Assembly: GCA_964602915.1 (NCBI GenBank)
Contig: CAZRTB010000003.1
Location: 146,809 to 210,808 of the forward strand
Length of the DNA stretch: 64,000 nt
Direction of reading: 5' to 3'
DNA from: an uncultured Gammaproteobacteria bacterium
Lineage (GTDB): Bacteria; Cyanobacteriota; Vampirovibrionia; 2-02-FULL-35-15
The position numbers and the translations under genes were made by a program. Shown piece after piece: positions 40,238 through 50,101 of the stretch; the first letter of the stretch is position 1; each line of letters begins with the position of its first letter. The notes beneath the pieces are model-generated. The model was not told the DNA's origin. It saw nothing but the letters and a program-made list of their open reading frames with translations, and searched no databases.

Positions 40238-40999
40238 ATGAGAATTAAGAGATTCATCTTACCAATAATACTAATACTAAATCTAACTCTGCCCGCATTG
40301 AGTGTAGAATCAAATGAACCTGAAACCTCAAAATCAATTGAAGTAAAAAATTCTAATATTCCAAAATTTAATGATCCACTTTGTTTATTAGTAGGTCTAA
40401 ATAATTCTGAGCTTTCATATAGAGAAGTTAATGGTTTAGCAGGGTTTGAATTTCTCTCAGTACCATATAGATCTGATGTAATGGATTTAATTAGTGAGTT
40501 AAACCCATCACAAATTATTATTAAACACCCAAGCGGTTTTGTCGGGCTATATTCTCCAGACGGACAACTTGTCAGAGGAATACAAACTGTAAATGGACCT
40601 GAACTTTCATATCATGGCACAACACCACCAAGCATACTCACACCAACAGAAACAACTTCTAATTATGATTCTATCTATTACCCAGGCACTAATACTGGTG
40701 GAGTCTCACAAGGTGGATTAGGATATAGACCACCACCAAAAGGAAGAAACCTTAGAAGGCATTTTTTAAAATTGGGCTCACTTATTGGAATAACAACATT
40801 TCAGTATCCAGGATATTTCAATGCATACAGTACATATGATAAAGAAAAATTATTACCTTCTCTTCTTATCCCACAAATACCAGCCGCTATCGGTACTGCT
40901 TCTGCATATGCTGATGCCAGACTGGATCAAAGCGAATATAATCAGGCAAGACCACAACCTAGAGATTATATGTTTCAACCAGTTGTAGAAGGATATTAG
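40238..40999 (+). CDS. Hypothetical secreted protein
   Basis: Sec-type signal peptide; Gly/Pro/Thr-rich middle. Confidence 0.75.
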   Translation: MRIKRFILPIILILNLTLPALSVESNEPETSKSIEVKNSNIPKFNDPLCLLVGLNNSELSYREVNGLAGFEFLSVPYRSDVMDLISELNPSQIIIKHPSGFVGLYSPDGQLVRGIQTVNGPELSYHGTTPPSILTPTETTSNYDSIYYPGTNTGGVSQGGLGYRPPPKGRNLRRHFLKLGSLIGITTFQYPGYFNAYSTYDKEKLLPSLLIPQIPAAIGTASAYADARLDQSEYNQARPQPRDYMFQPVVEGY

Positions 41000-41090
41000 A
41001 AGTTTTTATTTATTTGGCGCAAGACAACCCTTAACAGGACAGGGATTTAGCATTCCAGCTTTCACATATTCAAATTCTTTGAGTATAAGT

Positions 41091-41984
41091 TTAATTACGA
41101 TGCTGATCTAAATAACTTTCTAACTTTTCTCTTCCTATTAAATATACATTGTTACAAAAATGGCATCTACCTTCTGCATAACCTACACTCATAATAATTT
41201 TTTGAATTTCCTCTTTGTTTAATGAGCTAATTGCAGACTCAAATCTTTTTTCACTACATCCACAATAAAAACAAACACCTTCGAATTCTGAAATAATATC
41301 AACTTCAAAATCTGCAAGTGATTTTTTAATAATTTGCTCTAAATTTAGCTTTGATCTTAGAAGTATTGAAAACGGATCGAGCTTTGAAACCCTTTCCTCT
41401 ACTTTCTTTAAACCTTCCTCGTCAGCAGAAGGCATAGCCTGAATTAATAACCCACCAGCATATAAAACTTTTCCACTTAAAGGCTCTAAATAAACACCAC
41501 AAGATATAAATGATGGGATTTGTTCAGAATTAGCCAGGTAATTAACAACATCAGTTCCAATTTCTCCATTAACAATCTCTACTGCTCCCTGATATGATGA
41601 GCCATGCTCATTATCATAGCTAACATGAACATAACCCGTTTTCCCTACTGCTTTATCAATGTCGACATAACCCCTATCATCAAAACATTCACAAGAAGGA
41701 TTCGTCACATAACCCCTAACAGTTCCTTCATTACTAGCATCGACAATAATACTTCCAACTGGACCATCACCTTTAATTTTTAAAGTTAAATGACCCTTAT
41801 TTTTCTTTAACGTATTACAAAGTAATATCCCACAAGCAAAAGTTCTACCTAGAGCTACAACTGCTGTATGAGATAAGTTATGCCTTTGTCTTGCTTCCTC
41901 AGTTAGATTAGCTGTTGATACAGCAATTGCCCGAAATTGATTATCTTTTGTTATTGCTCTAACTAAATGGTCACTTTTATACAT
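41091..41984 (-). CDS. hslO: Hsp33 redox chaperone
   Basis: ALGRT, GDGPVG, SEQIPS, CGCS...CHFC zinc motif. Confidence 0.96.
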   Translation of the reverse strand: MYKSDHLVRAITKDNQFRAIAVSTANLTEEARQRHNLSHTAVVALGRTFACGILLCNTLKKNKGHLTLKIKGDGPVGSIIVDASNEGTVRGYVTNPSCECFDDRGYVDIDKAVGKTGYVHVSYDNEHGSSYQGAVEIVNGEIGTDVVNYLANSEQIPSFISCGVYLEPLSGKVLYAGGLLIQAMPSADEEGLKKVEERVSKLDPFSILLRSKLNLEQIIKKSLADFEVDIISEFEGVCFYCGCSEKRFESAISSLNKEEIQKIIMSVGYAEGRCHFCNNVYLIGREKLESYLDQHRN

Positions 41985-42146
41985 AAGAATAAATAATATT
42001 ATAAATCATATGTATTTAGCGATTTAATTCTTATATCCTTATACTTTTTTGGAGATACAATTTTGTATACTAAAAAACATGATAAATTTGAATTGTAGTA
42101 AATAACCTGAATCCTTAAAATCAAATTTGTATTTTCTATATTATAT

Positions 42147-42218
42147 GCGGAAGTAGTTCAGTGGTAGAATGTCTCCTTGCCAAGGAGAAGGTCGCGAGTT
42201 CGAACCTCGTCTTCCGCT
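42147..42218 (+). tRNA. tRNA-Gly(GCC)
   Basis: GCGGAAG/CTTCCGC acceptor; arm TCTCC-TTGCCAA-GGAGA. Confidence 0.97.
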
Positions 42219-42293
42219 TTTTTATAGCCCCAAACAAGTTAAGGCTTTTATCTTAAAAATATTTCGATCAACCGTATTTGCCGAATAAAAAAA

Positions 42294-42434
42294 CTATTTG
42301 CTATTACCTGGTTCCCATTGCTTCAAATCCATCATAAATCTTTCATTTCTTTTTTCCTCTGAAGCTGTTCTAGGATTCTCCATCCTATTTATTTGGTAAG
42401 ATCTTGTTGGCATTGAAACTGGACCTATATTCAT
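42294..42434 (-). CDS. Putative 46-aa protein (not in track)
   Basis: MNIGPVSMPTRSYQINRMENPRTASEEKRNERFMMDLKQWEPGNSK; strong AAAGGAG site; 25 nt after the upstream gene. Confidence 0.6.
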   Translation of the reverse strand: MNIGPVSMPTRSYQINRMENPRTASEEKRNERFMMDLKQWEPGNSK

Positions 42435-42459
42435 ATCTGTCTCCTTTTAATTTAAACTC

Positions 42460-42765
42460 TTATGCTGTTGCGGCAAGTGCTAAACCATTCATTGATTTCA
42501 TCAATTTTTTGTTTTCTTTTTCTCTTTCCATCGCTGATTGGATAAAGCCATATGTTAACCCCATAGCCGCATTTACTTTTGCCATATTTGCAATAGTAGC
42601 GTTAGGATCAATTCCACCACCTAATACACTCATAAACATATCATTTTGTAATCCACTGGCACCACTAGTTAAAGCAGATAAATTTCTAGTCTGATCTTCA
42701 ATATTAGTCATAGGATTTGAAGATGCTCTATATCTTAAGTTTCCTGTTATTTGGTCTAATCTCAT
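42460..42765 (-). CDS. Hypothetical small helical protein
   Basis: 101 aa, Met/Ala/Asn-rich; AAGGGAG site upstream. Confidence 0.75.
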   Translation of the reverse strand: MRLDQITGNLRYRASSNPMTNIEDQTRNLSALTSGASGLQNDMFMSVLGGGIDPNATIANMAKVNAAMGLTYGFIQSAMEREKENKKLMKSMNGLALAATA

Positions 42766-42816
42766 TATCTTATCTCCCTTTTCCCTTGCCAGTAATTTAA
42801 TACTAAAATTTTAAGG

Positions 42817-42903
42817 TTATGCTTTTCTTAAGAAAGTTATTAATCAAAGATAAAAGATTTTTAAAGTTAATTTACTATTAACTAAAGGTTAAGAAAGTCT
42901 TAA
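42817..42903. promoter_or_regulatory. TTAA direct repeats with 11-bp period in a divergent promoter region
   Basis: TTAA at 42867, 42878, 42889, 42900; weaker second phase at 42817, 42828, 42850, 42861. Confidence 0.45.
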
Positions 42904-42967
42904 AAACAGGTGTTTTTATGCCTTAATTACTATAATTAGAGATAAGTTTATTAAAAAGGAGTATCTC

Positions 42968-43618
42968 ATGACATTTAGTAATTTTCTTCAAAAATCTGTT
43001 GATCAGTTCAAACAAGAAAAATCAATACATGATCGAATAATTACTTATTTTGAGAAAAATACATCAGCTAGAAAATATGCTGAGCTGTGTGAAGAAAATA
43101 GCTGGGAGATAATTTATGATCATCTTACTATCAGAACCCATAACGTAGACAAAGCAATTGTAGAATTTGAAAATCTTGGGTTTAAATTTGAGGAAAGAAT
43201 TGATTATAGGAATGAAGGCTGGTATGCAAAAGTACTTAGACACCCAAAATATGGAGCTATGTTTGTTGACCAAAACTATGATGATGCACCAGAATCAAAG
43301 AAAATTATTAAACAATGGGTTAATGAATTTGGAGATAAAGATTTTCATCACATAGCTTTTAGACTTCCAGAAAAAGTAGAAATTGAAGTGGCTATTGAAG
43401 GGCTTAAGAAAAAAGGGATAGAATTTCCAGGATCAATTACTGGCTCTAGAGGCTCAAAACTAAGACAAATCTTCTCAAAAGCAGAATTTATCAATGGTAT
43501 TCCTTACTCAGTAATAGAACTTGCTCAAAGAAATAAAGATCCTAAAACAGGTTTAATCTATGAAGGCTTTATTAATGAACAAGCTGATAATTTAATGAAA
43601 GATAGTGTTTTAAAATAA
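42968..43618 (+). CDS. VOC/glyoxalase-superfamily protein
   Basis: DHLTIRT, FHHIAF, LRQIF, IEL.QR....EGF resemble HPPD-like metal sites. Confidence 0.7.
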   Translation: MTFSNFLQKSVDQFKQEKSIHDRIITYFEKNTSARKYAELCEENSWEIIYDHLTIRTHNVDKAIVEFENLGFKFEERIDYRNEGWYAKVLRHPKYGAMFVDQNYDDAPESKKIIKQWVNEFGDKDFHHIAFRLPEKVEIEVAIEGLKKKGIEFPGSITGSRGSKLRQIFSKAEFINGIPYSVIELAQRNKDPKTGLIYEGFINEQADNLMKDSVLK

Positions 43619-43693
43619 ATTTTTTCTTACATTTATTGATTAAGGTCCTTCTATTATGTAATAATCTTTAGCTAATAGAGACTAAAGGTTTTA

Positions 43694-46600
43694 ATGACTA
43701 TTAGAACAGCCTTATCATCTGCCTTAAGTGTGATCGCTGGAAGAACTAGCCCTTCCAGTCACATAGCTACTAAAGGAGTCCCTGTACATAGAAGAGGGTT
43801 TTTAACCTCATCTGCATTAGCCCTAGCATTTTTTAGCACACCAGGAATAGTTCGTGCAGAAGAATCAACACCCATAACTGCAAAGGCAGAGGAGACTTCT
43901 GAACTAAAGCAAAAAGTAGTAGAGTTTTCATCCCAAGCATTAAATGAGTTAAAACCAGCACTTTTATCAAACAATCACAATGAAATAGTAAAACTTCCAA
44001 ACGCTTCCATGCATTGGAACAATTTAGGTATTGCATTTAATGTCACTGACAATACTGGTGTAGACATTGATGAACATAGAAGACTCATTCTCAAAGCTGG
44101 ACTTACAAATCCTAATATTCCTAAATGGATTTTACATGAAGCGATCTATACTGCGGGGAAAAGAGCAGAGTATTTAAATTCACAACCTCAAACGAAAGAA
44201 CATATAGATAGAGAAACATTAGCAATAGTTTTAGAATATTTTAATAAAAATATCGTTCCAAACGATGTCATTGGATTTTCCGTAGCTCAATTATGTGACC
44301 AAGACTCCCTAAATTCAATCTCAGACATTTTCATTAGCAATAGATCTTCTAACAGAGATAAATATTTTGATATTTTTGCTTATGTCAACCAAAATAGAAG
44401 AGTTAGACTTGCAGAAAAAACAAATTTAGAAATCATTAAAGACTTAGAACAGATACTCAGTGGAAAAGAGAATTTACTGTTTGCAAATAACTCAAATGGA
44501 GAACCTGAATTAAATCTTACAGAGAATAAAGAACGTGTAAGTCAGCTCGAAAAAATGTACTTTGCAAAAGGATTACTATCACTTATAAGAAATGATATAG
44601 ACGCAAAGAAATGTTCCTTATATATATCCAACTATTTCAAAAACAAATCTCCAAAAAGCACTAGTTCAGATGCTGACTATACAGTAATAAGAGCCCTTGC
44701 TGAACTTTCTATAAAACATCCACAAGAACAAAGTCTTGTTGATATTTTAAAAGAAGTATCTACAACACATTCTGAAACATTTTTTAACTCTTACTTCTGT
44801 GCAAATGCAACTCCTCTAAACTCTATACAAAGTGAAGCAGGCAAAGCAATAGCCAGACTTTTTAACTCAAATCAAACACTAGCAGATGTAATCCTTCTTA
44901 ATGCATTATCAGCTCCAAAATCAAAGAGTCAAGCCATTCAAGCTATTGCTTCATTGAACTGTCTTTCATCAAAACCTGGATTTATAAATATTTTACGAAC
45001 AACTGTCACAAATACAGAAGAGTCTCCCCAAGCCAGAGTAGCATCTATGAGAGGATTAGGCAGGATAAAAGATGAAAAAAGCTTTGAGGCATTGCTTGAC
45101 ATAGCAACAAATGAATCAAACCCTGCTTTCCTAAGAGGTGAAGCTCTTTATACAACATTATTAGTAGATGCTCCAGAATTTATACCAAAAGAGTTTGAAA
45201 GGCTTGCTAATGAATCTCGTCCTTATGGACTAGAATTGTTTTTCTTTGGGCTAAATGTAGATGCAGATGTAAAATATATTCCTTGGGAATGTAATCCAAA
45301 TATTTTTTCTACTTCTTCTACACCCACTGCAGAAAATGTATCCTATTTCCTAGATAGATTGGATCAAAAGTATGGTGGAAGCACTGGGAAATTAGCAAAC
45401 TTTTTAAACAGTTCTGACAAATGGAAAAAGTACATAGCATCTATAGCAGACTATTTAAGATCAAAGCATTCAGACATTGCAACTAGCGGTAGTGTTTTAG
45501 ATTTTGATATTGCTATTCCAGCCATATACTTTCTTGGACATACAGGTACTAATTCAGACCTGTTAGCAAGTATTGCAAAGACTCCATGGGATTATGTCTG
45601 CGATTCAAACCCAAAACAAGTTTTCACAGAAGCACGCGAAGATAATGCAAATGAATTTCTTTTAAAATTCGCATCGATACAAGCCCTTGGAGGTGCAGTA
45701 GACATAAATAATTCACATGATGAAGGAGCAAAATTATTATTTAGATTAATCACAAAAGAAACTCACCCTTCACTGTATCAAGAAGCAGTATCATCTGAGC
45801 TTCAAATATCAGAAAGAATTAAAAAATCTCCATCAGCATCAGCAAGAAATGTACATGTAAAAAATCTTCTTAACTTCTTAGAGAAGGATATTTTAACCCC
45901 AAGTACTGAACCAATAATTGATTTAAAATCCATTGAAAGAAGAAGATATTTTGCATGCAAATCATTAGTAAATATGTCAGCTGAAAAAGAGTTAATCGAG
46001 TTGGCTTTCAAGCACAACTGGGTAAAAAAAGGTGATGAAATATTTAGAATCATTGCATATGCACTAAAATCAAATGATTTTAAAATCTCAGATCTTGCGA
46101 ATTTAAATTTGTCTGATACTCAACAAGCTCTCTTTAAAGATTTATATGACTGCATAGCAAGTGATAGATGTTTTGTCGGAGATGCAATTGAAGAGAACAA
46201 TTTAACTGGAGATGGTATAGAAATAGCAATTATAGATGGTGGATTCCCTATGTTTTTTGAAGGGGAGATTAAAACTCCCTATAATATTATTTATCCAAAA
46301 GAGTATTTTGGACCATCAACATATGACTTAAAAAGCAAACATGCAAGAACAGTCACTCATCAAGTATTAGAGAAATTACCAAAAGTTACAATCCATCCAC
46401 TTACATGGGATAGAATTACAGCTTCTCAGGATTCACTGCTTTCAAATGATCGGTTTGATCCAGCAACTCAGGGATTTATTGAACTTTTAAAAGGAAAAAT
46501 AACCGGAAAAAACAATATTCAAGTTATAAACATGTCATTTGGTGTAAAAAGTCCAGGAATGTCAAACAATCAAAAGCACAAAGACTATGTAAATAGAAGA

Positions 46601-47134
46601 GCGGCCGCTGGGCATTTGGCTGTTGATCTTGGGATAGGGTGTAACGTATCAGTAGGAAATGATAGATCTGCAGACCCTGTCACTAGTAGAAATATGGAGC
46701 TTGGAGGAGTAAATGCTCTGCTTGCTTATGTAGGACATGGAAAAAGATTCACTCAACCTGGTGGAGTTTCAAGAGTTGCTTCATATGATAATTTTAGAAA
46801 TCGATTTGTAGAAACTTCCGGCTCACAAGATCCATTGAACTCTTCTAGTATTACCCTTATTGGAGTAAATGGCTATACAAATGTCTGCCATCAAAGAATA
46901 AGAGGAAAAGAAACCACTATTATGTACTCAGCCACTTCATTTGCTGTCCCAAATAAAGGTGTGATCGACATCATGAGTATTGAACTTTTAAAAAGAAAAA
47001 GAATAAAATTTGACCCAATAAAACATAATCGTTTAATAGAACAAACAGCAACCACAGATGAAAACAGAGATCCTCATGAAGGAAATAAAGTTTTTTCTTT
47101 AATCAATTTTCTATCAGCATTAAAAAATCAGTAA
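43694..47134 (+). CDS. Large protein: twin-arginine-like leader, HEAT-like repeats, divergent C-terminal S8 subtilase
   Basis: HRRGFL; ARVASMRGLGRI and LRGEAL; IAIIDGG, HARTV, INMSFG, VGND, ATSFAVP. Confidence 0.7.
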   Translation: MTIRTALSSALSVIAGRTSPSSHIATKGVPVHRRGFLTSSALALAFFSTPGIVRAEESTPITAKAEETSELKQKVVEFSSQALNELKPALLSNNHNEIVKLPNASMHWNNLGIAFNVTDNTGVDIDEHRRLILKAGLTNPNIPKWILHEAIYTAGKRAEYLNSQPQTKEHIDRETLAIVLEYFNKNIVPNDVIGFSVAQLCDQDSLNSISDIFISNRSSNRDKYFDIFAYVNQNRRVRLAEKTNLEIIKDLEQILSGKENLLFANNSNGEPELNLTENKERVSQLEKMYFAKGLLSLIRNDIDAKKCSLYISNYFKNKSPKSTSSDADYTVIRALAELSIKHPQEQSLVDILKEVSTTHSETFFNSYFCANATPLNSIQSEAGKAIARLFNSNQTLADVILLNALSAPKSKSQAIQAIASLNCLSSKPGFINILRTTVTNTEESPQARVASMRGLGRIKDEKSFEALLDIATNESNPAFLRGEALYTTLLVDAPEFIPKEFERLANESRPYGLELFFFGLNVDADVKYIPWECNPNIFSTSSTPTAENVSYFLDRLDQKYGGSTGKLANFLNSSDKWKKYIASIADYLRSKHSDIATSGSVLDFDIAIPAIYFLGHTGTNSDLLASIAKTPWDYVCDSNPKQVFTEAREDNANEFLLKFASIQALGGAVDINNSHDEGAKLLFRLITKETHPSLYQEAVSSELQISERIKKSPSASARNVHVKNLLNFLEKDILTPSTEPIIDLKSIERRRYFACKSLVNMSAEKELIELAFKHNWVKKGDEIFRIIAYALKSNDFKISDLANLNLSDTQQALFKDLYDCIASDRCFVGDAIEENNLTGDGIEIAIIDGGFPMFFEGEIKTPYNIIYPKEYFGPSTYDLKSKHARTVTHQVLEKLPKVTIHPLTWDRITASQDSLLSNDRFDPATQGFIELLKGKITGKNNIQVINMSFGVKSPGMSNNQKHKDYVNRRAAAGHLAVDLGIGCNVSVGNDRSADPVTSRNMELGGVNALLAYVGHGKRFTQPGGVSRVASYDNFRNRFVETSGSQDPLNSSSITLIGVNGYTNVCHQRIRGKETTIMYSATSFAVPNKGVIDIMSIELLKRKRIKFDPIKHNRLIEQTATTDENRDPHEGNKVFSLINFLSALKNQ

Positions 47135-47170
47135 AAATAATTTCCTCTAATTAATTGATATAATACTCTT

Positions 47171-48568
47171 ATGCCTAATTTTGAGTTAATTACAGATCAA
47201 GATATTGTAAAAAGTTTTTGTACTGATTCGTCAAACTATCCCGGATATGCAGAAGCACTTATTCGTCCTAAAACGACACAAGAAGTCTCAGAGATTTTGA
47301 AAGAAGCAAACTCAAAAAAAATCCCTGTAACTACCATAGGAAATAGAAGTAGTTTAACTGGTTCTGCCGCTCCAGATGGTGGCTGGATTTTAGACACAAG
47401 CTTAATGAATAAGATTCTTGATATAAACCATAAAGAAATGTTCTGCATATCAGAACCTGGTTTAATGTTAGTTGATTTTAAGAGAACAATATTTGACCAA
47501 GAGCTTTTTTACCCACCAGATCCCACCAGTGAAAAAGAATGTTTCTTCGGAGGATCTATAGCTACTAATGCTTCAGGTGCCAGAACATTTAAATATGGTT
47601 CTACTAAAAAATATGTTCGAGCTATTGAAGTAGTTCTTGCAAATGGAGATATTTTAAATATAAGAAGACCACAAATTGAAAAAAATACTTTTGGTTATTT
47701 ACCTTTCCAAAGCATGGTAGACATTTTTGTAGGATCAGAAGGAACTCTTGGAGTAATTACTAAAACAGAGGTTGATCTTTTAAAAAAACCTGAGGGTTTT
47801 TTGGGGGGAATGGCATTTTTTAAATCTTTACACGAATGTTTAGATTTTGTTGTAAATGTTCGCAAAGAGTTATTACTACCAAATCCTTCTATATCACCTA
47901 GAGCTTGTGAGCTTTTTGATGTTCATGGAATAAATATTATCAAACCTGATTCCCCGTTTAAGATTCCTGAAAATGCTAAAGCAAGTATATTTTTTGAACA
48001 GGAATATAGTCCAAACGGAGACAACAATTTTGAGAAAAATTTAAATGCTTGGCTTTCATTTCTTGAAAAAAATAAAGCTTTAACTGATGATACGATAATT
48101 GCTGAACAACCAAAACAACAAGAAGAATTAAGAAGACTAAGACATAAAATACCTAGCACCCTCTTTGAAGAAGGTGGATTTCATGTAAAAAATGGTGGTG
48201 GAAAAGTTTCAACAGATTGGTCCGTCCCCATTTCAAGAATTCATGAAATTATTAATTATGCTCAGGATTTAGCTGTTTCAGCAAAATTAGAAGAGCCTGT
48301 TATCTATGGTCATATTGGTAATGGTCATCCTCACTATAACTTTATAGCTAAGGATTCAAAAGAAAAAGAACAGATTTTAAGTGTAGTCCATAAAACATGC
48401 CAGAAAGTAGTGTCCATGGGCGGAACAATTGCTGCTGAACATGGAATCGGTAAAGTAAAGAAAAGTTTTGTTAAGTACCAGTATCCAGAAAGTATTATTA
48501 ATGCGATGAAAGCTATGAAAAACTCCTTTGATCCAAATGGCATTTTAGCCCCTGGAAATATTTTTTAG
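47171..48568 (+). CDS. FAD-binding oxidoreductase, GlcD/D-lactate dehydrogenase family
   Basis: YPPDPTS, GGSIATNASG, GSEGTLG, GHIGNGHPH, AEHGIG, DPNGILAPG. Confidence 0.93.
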   Translation: MPNFELITDQDIVKSFCTDSSNYPGYAEALIRPKTTQEVSEILKEANSKKIPVTTIGNRSSLTGSAAPDGGWILDTSLMNKILDINHKEMFCISEPGLMLVDFKRTIFDQELFYPPDPTSEKECFFGGSIATNASGARTFKYGSTKKYVRAIEVVLANGDILNIRRPQIEKNTFGYLPFQSMVDIFVGSEGTLGVITKTEVDLLKKPEGFLGGMAFFKSLHECLDFVVNVRKELLLPNPSISPRACELFDVHGINIIKPDSPFKIPENAKASIFFEQEYSPNGDNNFEKNLNAWLSFLEKNKALTDDTIIAEQPKQQEELRRLRHKIPSTLFEEGGFHVKNGGGKVSTDWSVPISRIHEIINYAQDLAVSAKLEEPVIYGHIGNGHPHYNFIAKDSKEKEQILSVVHKTCQKVVSMGGTIAAEHGIGKVKKSFVKYQYPESIINAMKAMKNSFDPNGILAPGNIF

Positions 48569-48610
48569 ATTAGGTTCTGAATCTTCTATGTTTAACTTGT
48601 TTCACAAGAC

Positions 48611-48640
48611 CGGATTTGCTCAATAAATGAGAAAAATCCT
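48611..48640 (+). repeat. 30-bp structured hairpin element, copy 3
   Basis: CGGATTTGCTCAATAAATGAGAAAAATCCT; 24 of 30 identical to copy 1 with two compensatory pairs. Confidence 0.75.
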
Positions 48641-48829
48641 TTAAACTTCAAGTTAGTAAAATTTAGATTTAATTGCATCTTAATAAATTTGTTTAAACTC
48701 ATACAATAGAGCTATCAAATTTTATAAGACATTTGTTTTATATGTTTGGTAGCGTAATTCTACTTATTTAAGAATCATATATAAAAGCATTTATGGGGGC
48801 AAGGAAATCAACAGTTTTCTTGTGGGAAA

Positions 48830-50101
48830 GTGCTAAAAATAAATACACACAGCATTAATAGTGCTGTGAAATCAAATATAGAAAAAATCACTTCTGATTC
48901 AAATGAAGCTTCTAAAAGCTTAGATAAAGATACTTTTGTAAGCAGTCCTGAAAATAGCAAAAAAGATACTTCTATCTGTACAGATGTCTGTAACCTTATA
49001 GATCCTGGGATAGTAAAGGCTATAGGAGTTTTCTTCCCATTGATAAAACTTATTTCAGATATCGCCAACAGTTTTGATCTTTCAAATATTAATGGAAATA
49101 CAAAAGAAGAGACTATCTCACAATTGCATAAAACTATTGACTCAATAAAAGATAAAGTTGAACAGAGTAAAGACCAAGATCTTACTAAAAAAACAAGTGA
49201 AACCCTAGAAAGGCTATGTAAGACAATGGAGGCAATTGAAAAAAATAAGAATATTTCAAATAAAGATATAAAAGATCTTATACATGAATGGAGAGAAAAC
49301 AAGGATCACAAAACAATATTAGAACTAGCGATGAGAATAGGTGATGGGAAATGTGAATCTATTAAAAGTAATGAGCTAAAACAAGCTTTAAAAGAAGCAT
49401 TAGAATCATTTGCAACTGCACTAGAAGAAGCAAAAGGACATCCACCTTGCCCAAAAAGAGATAAAGCAATTAAAGCATTAGAACATGGTGCAGGTAAAAT
49501 TGTTGACAATGTTGAAATTATAGATAAAAAAGGTGATGACTCTAAATTAAGTAAAGAAGAAAAAAAGCTAATTTGTAGTAATTTTAAAGCTGCAAAAGAA
49601 AAAGCAAAAGAGGTAATAGAAAATCCAGAACTCTCTGTGTTTGTAAAAAATAGTGCAAACCTTTTACAATCATTTATAGATTATGTTGATTATTTAACAA
49701 AGAAATGGGAGGAAGAAGAAAAAGAGGAAGAGCTAAGAGAAAAAGAAGAAAAAGAACAAAAACTATGTGATTACAGGACTCAAAAAAGAAAAGAAACAGA
49801 TCAACATATAGCAAGATTAAGAATCAAAGAAAAAGAGTCTAGTAATCTGAGATTTTTAAAAGAAGAAGCCAGAAGAAAGCTTTCTAATTTAATGCTTTAT
49901 TATGAGTACAATAAAGAGAAAACAAATTTTAAATCAAGGTTTGAAGATCAAAAGCTTAATGGTGAATCTATAAAAAGAAAATATTTAGATAAGCTAAATG
50001 AAGAGGACTATTATAAGAGCTTGAGCGATATGACAAACTTCCAAATCCAATTATCCTATCTTTTTGATGAAACAGGAAGTTGTGGAAGCTGTAATCATTA
50101 G
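48830..50101 (+). CDS. Hypothetical charged coiled-coil protein
   Basis: 423 aa, K/E-rich, poly-E tract, ends CGSCNH; GTG start uncertain. Confidence 0.75.
   Translation: MLKINTHSINSAVKSNIEKITSDSNEASKSLDKDTFVSSPENSKKDTSICTDVCNLIDPGIVKAIGVFFPLIKLISDIANSFDLSNINGNTKEETISQLHKTIDSIKDKVEQSKDQDLTKKTSETLERLCKTMEAIEKNKNISNKDIKDLIHEWRENKDHKTILELAMRIGDGKCESIKSNELKQALKEALESFATALEEAKGHPPCPKRDKAIKALEHGAGKIVDNVEIIDKKGDDSKLSKEEKKLICSNFKAAKEKAKEVIENPELSVFVKNSANLLQSFIDYVDYLTKKWEEEEKEEELREKEEKEQKLCDYRTQKRKETDQHIARLRIKEKESSNLRFLKEEARRKLSNLMLYYEYNKEKTNFKSRFEDQKLNGESIKRKYLDKLNEEDYYKSLSDMTNFQIQLSYLFDETGSCGSCNH

Noticed and set aside
41000-41090. Minus-strand peptide ...AGMLNPCPVKGCLAPNK after hslO
   Set aside because: No good start or ribosome-binding site; too short to call a gene or pseudogene.
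42273-42288. CGTATTTGCCGAATAA after tRNA-Gly, 15 of 16 identical to the 5' half of hairpin copy 1
   Set aside because: The 3' arm is absent so it cannot fold; may be a remnant or chance, and is not counted as a copy.
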